Positions 33,501 through 42,550 of a stretch of DNA of 64,000 nucleotides are shown here, one piece after another. Each line of letters opens with the position of its first letter. Positions within the stretch are counted from its first letter, which is position 1. The translations under genes and the position numbers were made by a program. The DNA is from a virus, in IMG/VR virus record IMGVR_UViG_3300045988_179616, positions 32,001 to 96,000 of that record; one strand, written 5' to 3'. The notes under the pieces were generated by a model. The model saw nothing but the letters and a program-made list of their open reading frames with translations, did no database searches and was not told the origin of the DNA.

Positions 33501-35289
33501 TCTCCGCCAGCGCGAAAAGCTCGAAAGAGAATATGACCGCATCCTAGAACGCCGTGGCTCTACATTCCGAGAACTCCGTAAGAATTATAACGCTCAGCTT
33601 CAATCTCTTCAAAAAGAAATTGCACTCCAAAATCAACTGCGCGCAGGCCGTCTCGCGCAACTAAATGCTCTATCTTCCGAAACTTACAAAGGGCAAGATA
33701 GTGAAGGAAATGAACTTATAAAGTCCTTTGCTGATTGGGGTGTTACAAAATATGGTAGCTATAATCCTAATACTGGACTTCTTCAGATTGATTGGAATGC
33801 AATTGATCGAGTAAAAGATGAAAATACTGGTGGAGCGATTGAAGCCTATATTAATCGTTTGGAAGAGCTTCAAGGCCAAATTGAAGATATAGACAGTCAA
33901 ATTGAAGACTTTCAAGACAAAATAACCGAACTTCAAAAAGAAGGAATGCAAGGATATCTTGATTTCGAGCAAAAAGTCTATGATGCTATCGTAAATCAAC
34001 AACAAGAATTGATTGATAGTTATCAAAATTTATCTGATGAACTGACAGAATCAAATCAAAGAATTCTTAATAGTATTCAAGATTCAATTGACCTTCAACG
34101 ACAAATTCGAGATAATACTAAAACCGAAGATGATTTAAATGAAAAAGAAGCTCGTTTAGCTTATCTTCGCCGGGACACTTCTAATGCAAATCTTCTAGAA
34201 ATAAAACAATTAGAGGATGAATTAGCAAATAGTCGTCAAGATTATGAGGATAATTTAATTGACCAGCAATTAGAACGTCTTTCAAAGCAAAATGACGATG
34301 CCCAAACGGCCCGAGAGAAACAAATTGAATTGATGCAAGCTCAGCTCGACTACTCAGAAAAAAGTGGTGAATTTTGGGATAAAACCTATGAATTAATAAT
34401 GGAAGGCTTTTCCGAAACTGGAGATTATAGTATGTCTTCTAATCTTTGGAATCTTCTCCAAAAAGACGAAGGCTGGAAGGGAATGAGTAAATTTGGACAG
34501 TTAAATTGGCAAGAAGAGATCTCAAAAGCTATTTTAGCAGCAAGTCATGGATATGCTAACTGGAATATGTATAAGGCTAAAGAAATTGATAAAAGTTTAA
34601 CTACTGGTGATGGTCAACAACTTACCTATGATGGAAAACAATGGAAAGATAGTAATGGAAATATTTATAGCGGAGTTGACTATGATTCTTCAATTGGGCA
34701 ATTTATATATTCTGGAATGATTCCTGCAAAAAAGCCAAGTCCTTCTGGTGCAGATGGAGGCGGTCATGGCTCAGTTGGTATTGGAAGTCGTGTTCGTGTT
34801 GATAGTAAAACTCCAATCTATTCCAACTCTTATGGCGGAGGCGCGGGTAGACAATATTATGCTAATGACCCAATCTATAACATTCTTGATGAAAAAAATG
34901 GATACTATTTAGTAAGACATCATAAGTTAAGTTCTGGTTATACTGGTTGGTTTAAAAAGAGCGATGTTAAAGCTTATAAGAAGGGCGGTCTTGCTGATTT
35001 TACTGGACCAGCATGGTTGGATGGAACAAAATCTAGCCCAGAACTTATTTTGAATGCTCGCGATACTGAAAACTTTATTGAATTAAAGAATATTCTTGGA
35101 TCTTTAATGAAATCAGGAATTACTGAAACTACTTCAAGTTCTGTTGGCGATATGTATTTCGATATAGATATAAATGTTGATGAAATTAGTAACGATTACG
35201 ACGTTGAACAGCTCAAGAAAAAGATAAAGGAAGATATAACAAATGATGCAATGTATCGAAATGTGAATCTAATAAATCTGATTAGATAA
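27580..35289 (+). CDS. tail tape measure protein (2569 aa)
   Basis: It has a TP901-type TMP core (AMTEIAVVSDF...TDAMTSALRGF...ISTAMSKVASLA...IGTALKTIIARF), long coiled coils, central hydrophobic segments and an SH3b-like region near the C-terminus. Confidence 0.9.
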   Translation: MADKKIRISLDINAELGNVQSKVSQLQQQLNKIQLTGLSGQALISDFNNVQNRIKKLQELSEKPLTVKSDFTKIEKEASSIQVAVEKLFREIEQLQTSSNKKKLELLPNSQKQKIDKANSALGAYEKTIGKTISKTKELKKAEKDLSSIQTQLSKEQKKTIVSQSDIEIKSTNLENVRRQLKEARRLKQATAEVYEKNRWSTEVTGRKYQSSTKVDVNGQKVALKDITEKVIRLKEEETKLISDLNNLTTQEKLDAINQKLKAQNEIIEALSIQWKGLDLAEKSKAFETLKETAQQLGVSLEGIANIEDVGTLINRLQQLEKNGVNAVDIALQQLKTEIKSTEPPLEQISDKVSQVGNEFNLASQRAQEFANLKSQVLSFFTITGAIQLFRRAIDSAFETVKELDEAMTEIAVVSDFSVGDMWKQLPRFTEQANQLGKSIRDVYGATTLYVQQGLDLDNSLKLANETLKMAAVAGMDAADATDAMTSALRGFNMELSETSAQKVNDVYSELAAISAADTQEISTAMSKVASLAHNVNMEFETTASFLTQGIEATREAPETIGTALKTIIARFAEVKSLYTKGQLSGTDEEGETVDVNKVQTALRSAGISMNAFLKGEEGLDQVLLRLSSRWNDLDVLTQRYIATMASGSRQQSRFIAMMDNYAKTTEFVNSAYNSAGSGQRQFEKTLESLQAKLTKLKNAWDEFAMGLTNNVIIKGAVDTLTVLLTAVNKLIDGLSGGHGLIKSVMTLGAVWGGLKLGGNLVDKALASNWVQNKIKLSKGDPETVANVRGTNAERTSYFQKGVNMAKEFQKGFKSFKAFNGKGGFFLENVLGIDTKKNQIRKDLAKNAEDIKQDIAASQEDYTMGYMAVSEDLDAQLAGLDKKYKKNIISVEEYINSLISLGASQETAEVRIESFNEEQKKVQLNAEKLGTTVTAVGGAFMALAGIFSMFGDEGEKVASTLATIGGVLVGIGQIIPVISKAYLSLKATNPELLAISAALAVIAGLVAATLISMKNNSPKAQLEKASKATEKAKEMAEGASQAYDELLSKKSEFDKLTTSLETLTQGTFEWRKALAEANNEVINLQKEFPELEVSVDKATGQLKIDNWGDVLKAQAERIEATNKQLAMAQVNENNKQLEVTRADISSDNELTPNEKANKKEVEKLKTESTNVALISSLISKYQTKANEAVLQNLAETIFKDITYEVEVKDVAGNGNNRHRTNTTHKETKISNIYDSKINAEANKAVNSLSTSRRKTKAEEIFGKDAVANMKDEEIKEALRNYEKGVAIENITKQIASLTPDQQELLKRIQGTYTGTKSGWNTAKEKIFSDEDANVIKDILGLNNIQTVFDMAESGTEAISTNIDNIESQFEDFGEKYTGSFLDQFSADNLSNIASQVKEMSTESAKAYLDAYSEALNGVEKEDRTRLDNYLSSIDLSDAVQVLDAKEFMKNLGMDETQIAKFWATANAAVEPYITSLEQVQSLNERISKLGEVRNLVENGEKTFSSSNKESLVSAGFADSDFLQTGIDEWTYIGKDSNDLLRQINEKVAQIGEHIVVNLQDSGEKGKEYGTIIENNDKLGKSLATLAENGYEGTSFESAELKEMAETLGIAVENLSDEGIAKKLIDAYNMYKNLGENEEAVRKELVNNASRQYDLTGNFGTFTGSITEDEQITIMTAQLNKYNGAMEYYEKLKAEAGVDSDKFNLKLANEAVQLFKLQNQYKKTAESIDDYKDALLQGKSAGTDYYNALATTKTDLSTLFNVDKGLITDNFIQQYTQDIYNLAEGGEVGTQAFNHLRDALLNIQKTELSQTLSQYGLEITDYSNWIENLDPTLTVQTDDTQLKGLLQNVVIAAQAVGKNAEEALKPVVKYLEAITGTHIEFQWEYEYSGAFKSEDAALHAGWEKVGGGIYRHPKALKTVSISGGNGGGLYNRAFTAPILGNNGGSTGGSSSEKKESTWENPYDKLYNLTEEINEALRQREKLEREYDRILERRGSTFRELRKNYNAQLQSLQKEIALQNQLRAGRLAQLNALSSETYKGQDSEGNELIKSFADWGVTKYGSYNPNTGLLQIDWNAIDRVKDENTGGAIEAYINRLEELQGQIEDIDSQIEDFQDKITELQKEGMQGYLDFEQKVYDAIVNQQQELIDSYQNLSDELTESNQRILNSIQDSIDLQRQIRDNTKTEDDLNEKEARLAYLRRDTSNANLLEIKQLEDELANSRQDYEDNLIDQQLERLSKQNDDAQTAREKQIELMQAQLDYSEKSGEFWDKTYELIMEGFSETGDYSMSSNLWNLLQKDEGWKGMSKFGQLNWQEEISKAILAASHGYANWNMYKAKEIDKSLTTGDGQQLTYDGKQWKDSNGNIYSGVDYDSSIGQFIYSGMIPAKKPSPSGADGGGHGSVGIGSRVRVDSKTPIYSNSYGGGAGRQYYANDPIYNILDEKNGYYLVRHHKLSSGYTGWFKKSDVKAYKKGGLADFTGPAWLDGTKSSPELILNARDTENFIELKNILGSLMKSGITETTSSSVGDMYFDIDINVDEISNDYDVEQLKKKIKEDITNDAMYRNVNLINLIR

Positions 35290-35296
35290 TTAGAAA

Positions 35297-35360
35297 GCCA
35301 TAGCGGTTTTTCTACTTAATCTTAGAAGAAATTCGAGAAAAGGAGGAAAACCGCTATGGC
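35297..35360 (+). promoter_or_regulatory. 14-bp perfect inverted repeat that sequesters the Dit start codon
   Basis: gccatagcggtttt (35297-35310) pairs with aaaaccgctatggc (35347-35360). The loop contains the AAGGAGG RBS, and the right arm contains the ATG at 35356. Confidence 0.5.
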
Positions 35361-36288
35361 TATTGCGTTAAAAGGAGATTTTATTAGTTTTTCCTTTAAT
35401 GGATACCGTTCCGAAGATTTAGGAATTGTGCGTGTTAGCGATGGTAGTAGATATAGTGAAAACTTAATTCCTACCCCTCAAGATAAAACCGTACAGGTTC
35501 CTGGAGGGGACGGTTTTTATTATTTTGGGAGTGATAATACTCAAAGAACGTTTAATATAAATATTGCCTTTGGTGAACTAACTGAGGAACAATTTCGAAA
35601 GTTGCGACAGGTTTTTGGAACAAAGGAACTCGGTAAGTTAATTTTTGATGAAAGACCTTATAAATATTATATGGTTAAAGCTGGAGAACCACAATTAAAA
35701 TATATTTGTTTTACAGTAAAAAATAGTGATGGAACCAACTCTCGTATTTATAAAGGAGAAGGAACAATTACTTTTACAGCATATTATCCTTATGCAAAAA
35801 GTGTTTATAAATATCTAAATGAATATTCTAATACAAATAAGGATGAATGGAGTGCCTCAAGTCGAATGATAGCAGCCGAAGATAACACTTTCTCAGTTGA
35901 GGGAAATTCAAGTCCTTATTCTCTTAGAGTTTATAATGCTGGAGATCTTGAAGCAGACTTTATTTTAAAATTAAATTTTGGTACAGTTGGAGACATTTCT
36001 TTAATAAAAAAAGATAGTAAAGAAAACACAGTAGCAATTTTACAGCTATCTTCTTTTTCAGCAAAAGGTTCTGATGTTAGATGTCAAATAAATACAAAAA
36101 CAAATCTTATTGAAGGAATAGATTCAAATGGAAAACCAACTGGTAATCTTTATAATGAATATATTATCGGAGGAGATTTTTTTAAAATTCCAACAATGAG
36201 TTCTTCAGATGAGTTTTGGAAAATTAAATTCTCTTGTGATGGAGTCCCTTCAAAAAAAGATTTAGTTTATGATTATATTTATTATTAA
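35356..36288 (+). CDS. distal tail protein (Dit-like)
   Basis: 310 aa. FSFNGYRSEDLGIVRV is an N-terminal pattern typical of siphovirus tail-family proteins, and the gene sits directly after the TMP gene. Confidence 0.65.
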   Translation: MAIALKGDFISFSFNGYRSEDLGIVRVSDGSRYSENLIPTPQDKTVQVPGGDGFYYFGSDNTQRTFNINIAFGELTEEQFRKLRQVFGTKELGKLIFDERPYKYYMVKAGEPQLKYICFTVKNSDGTNSRIYKGEGTITFTAYYPYAKSVYKYLNEYSNTNKDEWSASSRMIAAEDNTFSVEGNSSPYSLRVYNAGDLEADFILKLNFGTVGDISLIKKDSKENTVAILQLSSFSAKGSDVRCQINTKTNLIEGIDSNGKPTGNLYNEYIIGGDFFKIPTMSSSDEFWKIKFSCDGVPSKKDLVYDYIYY

Positions 36289-36299
36289 GGAGGCTTATT

Positions 36300-39200
36300 A
36301 TGATAAAAAACAAATATGAAATAAGCCTGTGGAACGATAAATTTATTAAATCAACCGAGACAATTCCAGCTCATTACGAGGAAGAAAAGATTTGTATTCT
36401 TGGTTCTGATTCTATGACTTCGCAGGCAAGAGTAGTTGAACCAAAACTCGTACAAAATGTCAATGGAACTAATATTTTAACTTTTAAACTTTTTTATTAT
36501 TATATTGATAATGAAACTGGAGAAAAAGTTAGAAATCCCTTTTTATCTCTTTTAGTTAATGAGCGAAAAATAAAATGTAGATGGGATAATAAATGGTATG
36601 ATTTTGTAATTAAAGGCATCCAAGAGGATAGTAGTGGGAAATCTATTACCTACACCTGTTCTGATTTATTTGTTAATGAACTAAGTAAGACAGGTTTTAA
36701 TTTAGAATTTAATACTGATTTGAATAATAATCAGGGAACGGCGCAAGAATTAGCCGAAAAAGTTCTTGAGGGAACTGATTGGAAATTAGATATTCAAAAA
36801 AGCGATCATATTCTTCAAACAATAGAAGAGCCTCTTTATAAAACAATAACGACTCAAGTTATAGACACTCTTGAAGGAACAAAAATTGGTGAAAATTCTG
36901 AAATTTATCTATTTTATTCTGTTGTGTCAGAGAAAGAGACCTTTATTCAGTTTATCTACAATGAAAAAGGATATGAAACAGAAGCAAATAGTCAATTATT
37001 AAAAGAGAATAACTGTTTTTCTATTGAGGTTGCAGACTACGATAAATGGTTAGAAAAATATACCACAGGTATTGGCTCTACTCTTTCTGATTATCGTGGG
37101 AAAAGATTAGTACGTCAACAACTTCAAGAATTTAATGATGCAGTAGGAAGAAATTGCTATGTTTTTAATAAATCAAATACTGATAAAACAAAAGTTTTAG
37201 GTTATTCGACCATTGAGTATAAAGATCCGACTGTCATTTTAAATTTAATTTCTAATTCAAAAGATTTTGTTGATACTAATGGATGGCTAGGTAATTTAGA
37301 ATGGCAACTTTATCCTCTTTTTTATAACTCTGAAAATATCCCAATAGATTATGAAGGAAAAACTTATCTTTTAACGAGTGGGGAGCAAGATTCTAAAAAC
37401 AATTATCTTCCTATTTTTAATTCTGGCTTACAAAATTCTGCCATATATTTAGAAAACGGCTTACAAACTGGTCAAAAATATATTGTAAGAATTAAAGCTT
37501 ATACTGATGATAATGGTAAGCCATCAAACACTTTAATTGCCCCAACTGATGTTTCTTTCCAAATTCTAGATTATTTCAACAGTTTGGGCGCGGGAAGTGA
37601 TGGTGTTCCGGAGCACAACTCTGATAGTTATTGTAATTTTACAACCCCATTAATAAAAAATACTTATGTTTCTACAAAAGATACTACTCCTTCGCCCGAA
37701 AAGACCTATTATATTTGGGAGAATAAAGAATATACTATTCAAAAAAATTTAGATTCTTTTTCTGCTGACTTAAAATATTATGAATTAGGTGACAAAGTAA
37801 TTGAATTTGAAGTTGAAATATTGAAATCAATTCCTAGAGCTGATATAACAGCAGGATATTTGAAGGAGGCGGAGAAAGATAATAGTCAGCATATTGCAAA
37901 GCCAGGACTTTTTATTTATTTGCCTAAATGTTGGTTAGAAGAAATTCAATTTTATCAAAAAGTTGAAGGTTATAATGGACAGGTAATTCATATCGGTGAT
38001 TTGGACACCCAATCTGTTGGGACTACTTATTATAAATATTTTATTCCTAATAATTCTTATAAGAATGAAGATGACATAAAATTTCTTTATTCTGGAACAG
38101 AAAAGCAAACTGATTATGTAAAACTTTATAAAGATGACACAAAAGTTTTATATGAAAAAATTCGGAGTATAAATAAAAAGCAGTCAAATCGTTTTAATCT
38201 TCTTCAATCAATAGCTGAAACCTTTGAATGTTGGGTACGCTTTAATATAGATCATGATAGTAGTGGTAAGATAATTTATGATAATGGCTTTCCAAAGAAA
38301 ACTGTCTATTTAAAAGAAAAGATTGGAAATGAATTAGGATATGGTTTTAAGTATGGAATTGACTTAAAAACCATTTCTCGTTCAATTGATAGCAATCAAA
38401 TTACTACAAAAGTAATTGTTTCTCCGAATATAAATGAACACGCTGAAGAAGGAATCTGTGAAATAGCTAAAAGTTTATATAGTGAAACAGGAGAAAATTA
38501 TATTTACGATTTTGGATATTATATTTCTCAAGGACTTCTAAATAGTGGAGAATTAAATAAGTATTTTTATTTGCCTGAAGATGGAACATCCGGTTTTTAT
38601 ATCCAACTAAAACAACTAAATACTGAGTATAATGCTCGTGTGCAAAAAATTGCAGCAAGAAAAATCGAATTATCGAAGCAAACAAGCTTACAAACAGTTT
38701 ATGATCAATATGTCTCATCTGCTCAAGAAGAGATAATAAGTTTGAGAAGTCAATTAGCGCAGCTTGCTGGTTTAAAAAATTATAATATTGAAAAAGTTTT
38801 AGCGTACATTTCTAATCATCAAGATAATGAAAAAGCGATAAATTTATTAACAACATTAACCACTGCTGAGCATAATTTAGAAAATTATAAAAATTCTTTA
38901 TTCTTAATTGAAAGAAGCGTATCCAATCTTACTTCTTTTATTGATACAGAAGAAGAAAAAAACAAGAAAATTCTCGATAAGAAAAAAAATCTTGAAGAAA
39001 ATTTTTATAAAAGATTTTCTCGCTTTATTCAGGAAGGAACATGGACTTCTCAAGATTATATAGATGAAAATTTATATTATCTTGATGCAAAAAGCGTAGC
39101 ATATACGAGTTCTCGACCAAAAGTTTCTTATAATATTTCGGTAATTCGACTCAATGCTCTTCCTGAATTTGCAGGAAAAATCTTTAATGTTGGAGATATA

Positions 39201-42200
39201 TCCTACATTGAAGATACAGAGTTCTTTGGGTATGTAATTGGAAAGAATGGATGGAAAACGCCATACCGTGAACGAATTCTTATAAGTGAAAAAACTATTA
39301 ATTTTGATAGTCCAGAAAAAGATACTTTTACTGTTCAAAATTATAAAACTCAATTTGAAGATTTATTTCAACGTATAACCTCAACAACTCAATCTCTTCA
39401 ATACTCAACTGGTGAATATAACAGGGCCTCGAATGCTATTGAGGGGAAGGGAGTTATAAATAGTGAAACTCTTCAAAATAGTATAAATATAAATAATGAA
39501 TTAGTTTTTAAATCTCAGAATGAAGCGATTTTTCAAGATTCAACAGGTTTAACTTTAAGTGATACAACAGACCCGTCAAAGAAGACCAAATTGACTTCTG
39601 GAGGATTATTTATCTCAGTAGATGGCGGTGTAACTTGGAAAAATGCAGTAAGAGGAGAAGGAGTTTCAACTCAATATTTAACTTCTGGTTCCATTAATAC
39701 TGAGAACATTTCTATTTTAGATGGTCAATTTCCAACTTTTAGATGGGACAAATATGGTCTAAATGCCTTTGAAGCGGTATATGAAAACGACACCTTGGTT
39801 GGCATTGTCGATAATAATTATATTCGTTTTGACCAGTTTGGTATTTATGGGGTAAACCAAAGTGGCAGCAATACTCCTTTAAATCCAAAAAGTTTAGATG
39901 AAGTAAAAGAAAATGCTTTTTTCGGTTTAATTAGAAATGGATTCTTTTTAAAATCAGAAGAAGAGAATGGAATAGTTGAAATTTCTAGCGAAAATAATAT
40001 TTTAGTAAAGACAGATGAAATTGAAAGAATTAAAATAGGAAAACTTAGTGAAAGTCAATATGGATTAAGAATTAAAGATAAGAACAATATTATTTCCCTT
40101 GAAACTGATGATAATGGAAAACTTTGGTTAAAAGATAGTTTAAATATTTATAACACAACTGAGACATATGTTCTTTCCACTGATACAATAGTAGACGATA
40201 CCAAAACTTATTATCAATTAGATAAAGAAAATAATACTTATATTAAAGTTATCACCCCTTATGGAAATCCATCAGAAAATGGTTATTTTGAAAAATATAA
40301 TTATGATATTAAAATTGGAAATATTGAAACTTCAGTTGGTCAATTAAATCAAGTTTTTAATGCCAACAATAATTTTATAGTATATGAAGATGGCTCTATA
40401 AAAGCAACTACTGGTAGTTTTTCAGGAGATATTACTGGTTCAACAGGAACTTTTTCTGGAAAAATATTTGCTTCTAGTGGACGCATTGGAGGCTTAGAAA
40501 TTAATGGTGATTTTACCCGTGAGCCAATTGCAGAAATAAGAGAAGATAAATTAGTAATTAAAGGAACCGGTTTAGAAGTTAGAAATAATAATGGAGACTT
40601 GTCATTAGGAGCACTTTCTAATGGGGATTTGATTTTTTCGGGAGAACTGCAGGGTGCTACTGGAACTTTTTCAGGTGATATTAGCGCCGCATCAGGTACA
40701 TTTTCTGGAGGTTTACTTGCCAGTTCAGGAAAAATTGGAGGATTTAAAATCTCTTCGGATTATTTATATAAAGAAATATACAAGTTATCTGAAGATACTT
40801 CCAGAGATATTAATAAAAAATATTATGCACTTGAAAATGGAGAATATGTTGAAGTTATTTTTTCTAATGAAAATTCTGTAGAAATAAATCCAAAAGAAAA
40901 AGGATATTATGAGGATGATATAAATAACAGTCCTCTGATTCTCTTTGGAACAGAAGGGAAAATAAAAACAACTAATATTGAATTAGGTTCTGGTGCTAAA
41001 ATTGTTGATAAAATTGTTCTTTCTTCTGGGGTCGGAAAACCAGAAGCATATATTTATAATCCAGAAAAATATTCAGATGTATTTTTAAAAGCTGGAAATT
41101 TAGAATTAAAAACTAATGGTCTTTTTGAGATTGGTGACATTATAATTGATGGCTCTGCTGAAGGGCCTAGTATTCGATCAACAAAATGGGCAATTACACC
41201 AGATACTGCAACTTTTAAAAATGTAATTGCTCAAGGCGGAACAATTGAAAATGTTGTTTTTTCAAATTCTTCTACTCAGAGCGCCGGAGGTATAATGATT
41301 TTTAAACCTTCGGGCACTTGCTCCTATGATTCAACTCAAGTAACAGAAGGAAAAAATATTTATTATTATCTTTTAGATAAAAATAGCAATTTAGAATTAG
41401 AACAAGGAACCCAAGTTTTGCTTCAAAAATATGAAGCTAATGTTGAAATAGTTGAAGAATTAGGAGATTCTTTCAAAAAAGTTGGACTTTGTTTTTCTAA
41501 GAGCTACAATGAAGAAGATATTATTAACCCACAAATCACTTATACTCTCACAACTCTTTATGGTTTTAAAGAAGGAGAATTAGTTGATAGTCTTTTAATA
41601 GGAATAAATTCATCTAGTGTTGCTCAGTTTAATCTTAAACCAAAAGGAATAACTTTAATTTCACCAAAATTAATTGATGGAGAAGTTGTTTATCCTGATG
41701 AACCAGGTCTTTTTATTGGCGATTTATCAAGTATAGATTTAAGTGGAAGATATAAAGGATATGGCCTCATTGGAGACAATGTTTATTTAAATGGGACCTT
41801 GACAACAAAAGTTAAAGGGGTTTCTAATTCAACTTATGCGGGAGTAAATACTACTACCGGTGTAGCTTCTAAGAAATTTGGTGATTTTGAAAAAATTGTT
41901 TTTTGGGCAGGAGCAGAGAATGAAAAAGATACTTCAATTCAAGAAGCGCCCTTCCAAGTAACAGATTACGGTAATTTATATGCTTCACAAGGAAAATTCT
42001 CTAATTCAATTTTTACCGATAGCTCAATTTATGGTGGAGATATCTATACTGCAAGAATTCATGGATATGAAAATGATACTTCTTCAGCTTTAAGTATTTA
42101 TAATACTGGAAATGAGAAAGGAATTACCTTTTTTGAAGGAGATAAGGTTCTTACAGGAGAAGAAGAGAAAGTCACTCTTCAAATTAATAAAAACGGTTTA

Positions 42201-42536
42201 AAATTTAGAAATACTGAATTTATTAGTTTAAATGAAGAAGATTCTAAGTTAAAAATAGCTTTCAAGACTGTACCTCAAGAAAATAGTTATTTGGAACTTT
42301 CAGATTTTACTCTTCAAAGAATAACCAAAAGCCTAGAAGAAGAGAAAATTATCTCTAGCCTCTTTTTTGGAAAGGATGAAATCCAAGGAACTATCGGAAC
42401 TGAAACACTTCTTTCTATTTCTAATCAGTCAGTTAAAGCGTTAAAAGACTTAGAAGTTTTTAACGATGTTAGATTTTCTAGATTTCTAGAATATAGAAAG
42501 GTAGATAATGGATATGACTTATACATATCTGAGTAA
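36300..42536 (+). CDS. tail-associated (Tal-like) minor structural protein or tail fibre, 2078 aa
   Basis: The N-terminus YEISLWNDKF... is typical of Firmicutes phage minor structural protein N-terminal regions. It follows Dit and contains internal GTFSG.I.ASSG.IGG repeats. Confidence 0.7.
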   Translation: MIKNKYEISLWNDKFIKSTETIPAHYEEEKICILGSDSMTSQARVVEPKLVQNVNGTNILTFKLFYYYIDNETGEKVRNPFLSLLVNERKIKCRWDNKWYDFVIKGIQEDSSGKSITYTCSDLFVNELSKTGFNLEFNTDLNNNQGTAQELAEKVLEGTDWKLDIQKSDHILQTIEEPLYKTITTQVIDTLEGTKIGENSEIYLFYSVVSEKETFIQFIYNEKGYETEANSQLLKENNCFSIEVADYDKWLEKYTTGIGSTLSDYRGKRLVRQQLQEFNDAVGRNCYVFNKSNTDKTKVLGYSTIEYKDPTVILNLISNSKDFVDTNGWLGNLEWQLYPLFYNSENIPIDYEGKTYLLTSGEQDSKNNYLPIFNSGLQNSAIYLENGLQTGQKYIVRIKAYTDDNGKPSNTLIAPTDVSFQILDYFNSLGAGSDGVPEHNSDSYCNFTTPLIKNTYVSTKDTTPSPEKTYYIWENKEYTIQKNLDSFSADLKYYELGDKVIEFEVEILKSIPRADITAGYLKEAEKDNSQHIAKPGLFIYLPKCWLEEIQFYQKVEGYNGQVIHIGDLDTQSVGTTYYKYFIPNNSYKNEDDIKFLYSGTEKQTDYVKLYKDDTKVLYEKIRSINKKQSNRFNLLQSIAETFECWVRFNIDHDSSGKIIYDNGFPKKTVYLKEKIGNELGYGFKYGIDLKTISRSIDSNQITTKVIVSPNINEHAEEGICEIAKSLYSETGENYIYDFGYYISQGLLNSGELNKYFYLPEDGTSGFYIQLKQLNTEYNARVQKIAARKIELSKQTSLQTVYDQYVSSAQEEIISLRSQLAQLAGLKNYNIEKVLAYISNHQDNEKAINLLTTLTTAEHNLENYKNSLFLIERSVSNLTSFIDTEEEKNKKILDKKKNLEENFYKRFSRFIQEGTWTSQDYIDENLYYLDAKSVAYTSSRPKVSYNISVIRLNALPEFAGKIFNVGDISYIEDTEFFGYVIGKNGWKTPYRERILISEKTINFDSPEKDTFTVQNYKTQFEDLFQRITSTTQSLQYSTGEYNRASNAIEGKGVINSETLQNSININNELVFKSQNEAIFQDSTGLTLSDTTDPSKKTKLTSGGLFISVDGGVTWKNAVRGEGVSTQYLTSGSINTENISILDGQFPTFRWDKYGLNAFEAVYENDTLVGIVDNNYIRFDQFGIYGVNQSGSNTPLNPKSLDEVKENAFFGLIRNGFFLKSEEENGIVEISSENNILVKTDEIERIKIGKLSESQYGLRIKDKNNIISLETDDNGKLWLKDSLNIYNTTETYVLSTDTIVDDTKTYYQLDKENNTYIKVITPYGNPSENGYFEKYNYDIKIGNIETSVGQLNQVFNANNNFIVYEDGSIKATTGSFSGDITGSTGTFSGKIFASSGRIGGLEINGDFTREPIAEIREDKLVIKGTGLEVRNNNGDLSLGALSNGDLIFSGELQGATGTFSGDISAASGTFSGGLLASSGKIGGFKISSDYLYKEIYKLSEDTSRDINKKYYALENGEYVEVIFSNENSVEINPKEKGYYEDDINNSPLILFGTEGKIKTTNIELGSGAKIVDKIVLSSGVGKPEAYIYNPEKYSDVFLKAGNLELKTNGLFEIGDIIIDGSAEGPSIRSTKWAITPDTATFKNVIAQGGTIENVVFSNSSTQSAGGIMIFKPSGTCSYDSTQVTEGKNIYYYLLDKNSNLELEQGTQVLLQKYEANVEIVEELGDSFKKVGLCFSKSYNEEDIINPQITYTLTTLYGFKEGELVDSLLIGINSSSVAQFNLKPKGITLISPKLIDGEVVYPDEPGLFIGDLSSIDLSGRYKGYGLIGDNVYLNGTLTTKVKGVSNSTYAGVNTTTGVASKKFGDFEKIVFWAGAENEKDTSIQEAPFQVTDYGNLYASQGKFSNSIFTDSSIYGGDIYTARIHGYENDTSSALSIYNTGNEKGITFFEGDKVLTGEEEKVTLQINKNGLKFRNTEFISLNEEDSKLKIAFKTVPQENSYLELSDFTLQRITKSLEEEKIISSLFFGKDEIQGTIGTETLLSISNQSVKALKDLEVFNDVRFSRFLEYRKVDNGYDLYISE

Positions 42537-42550
42537 AAGGAGGAAAATAA

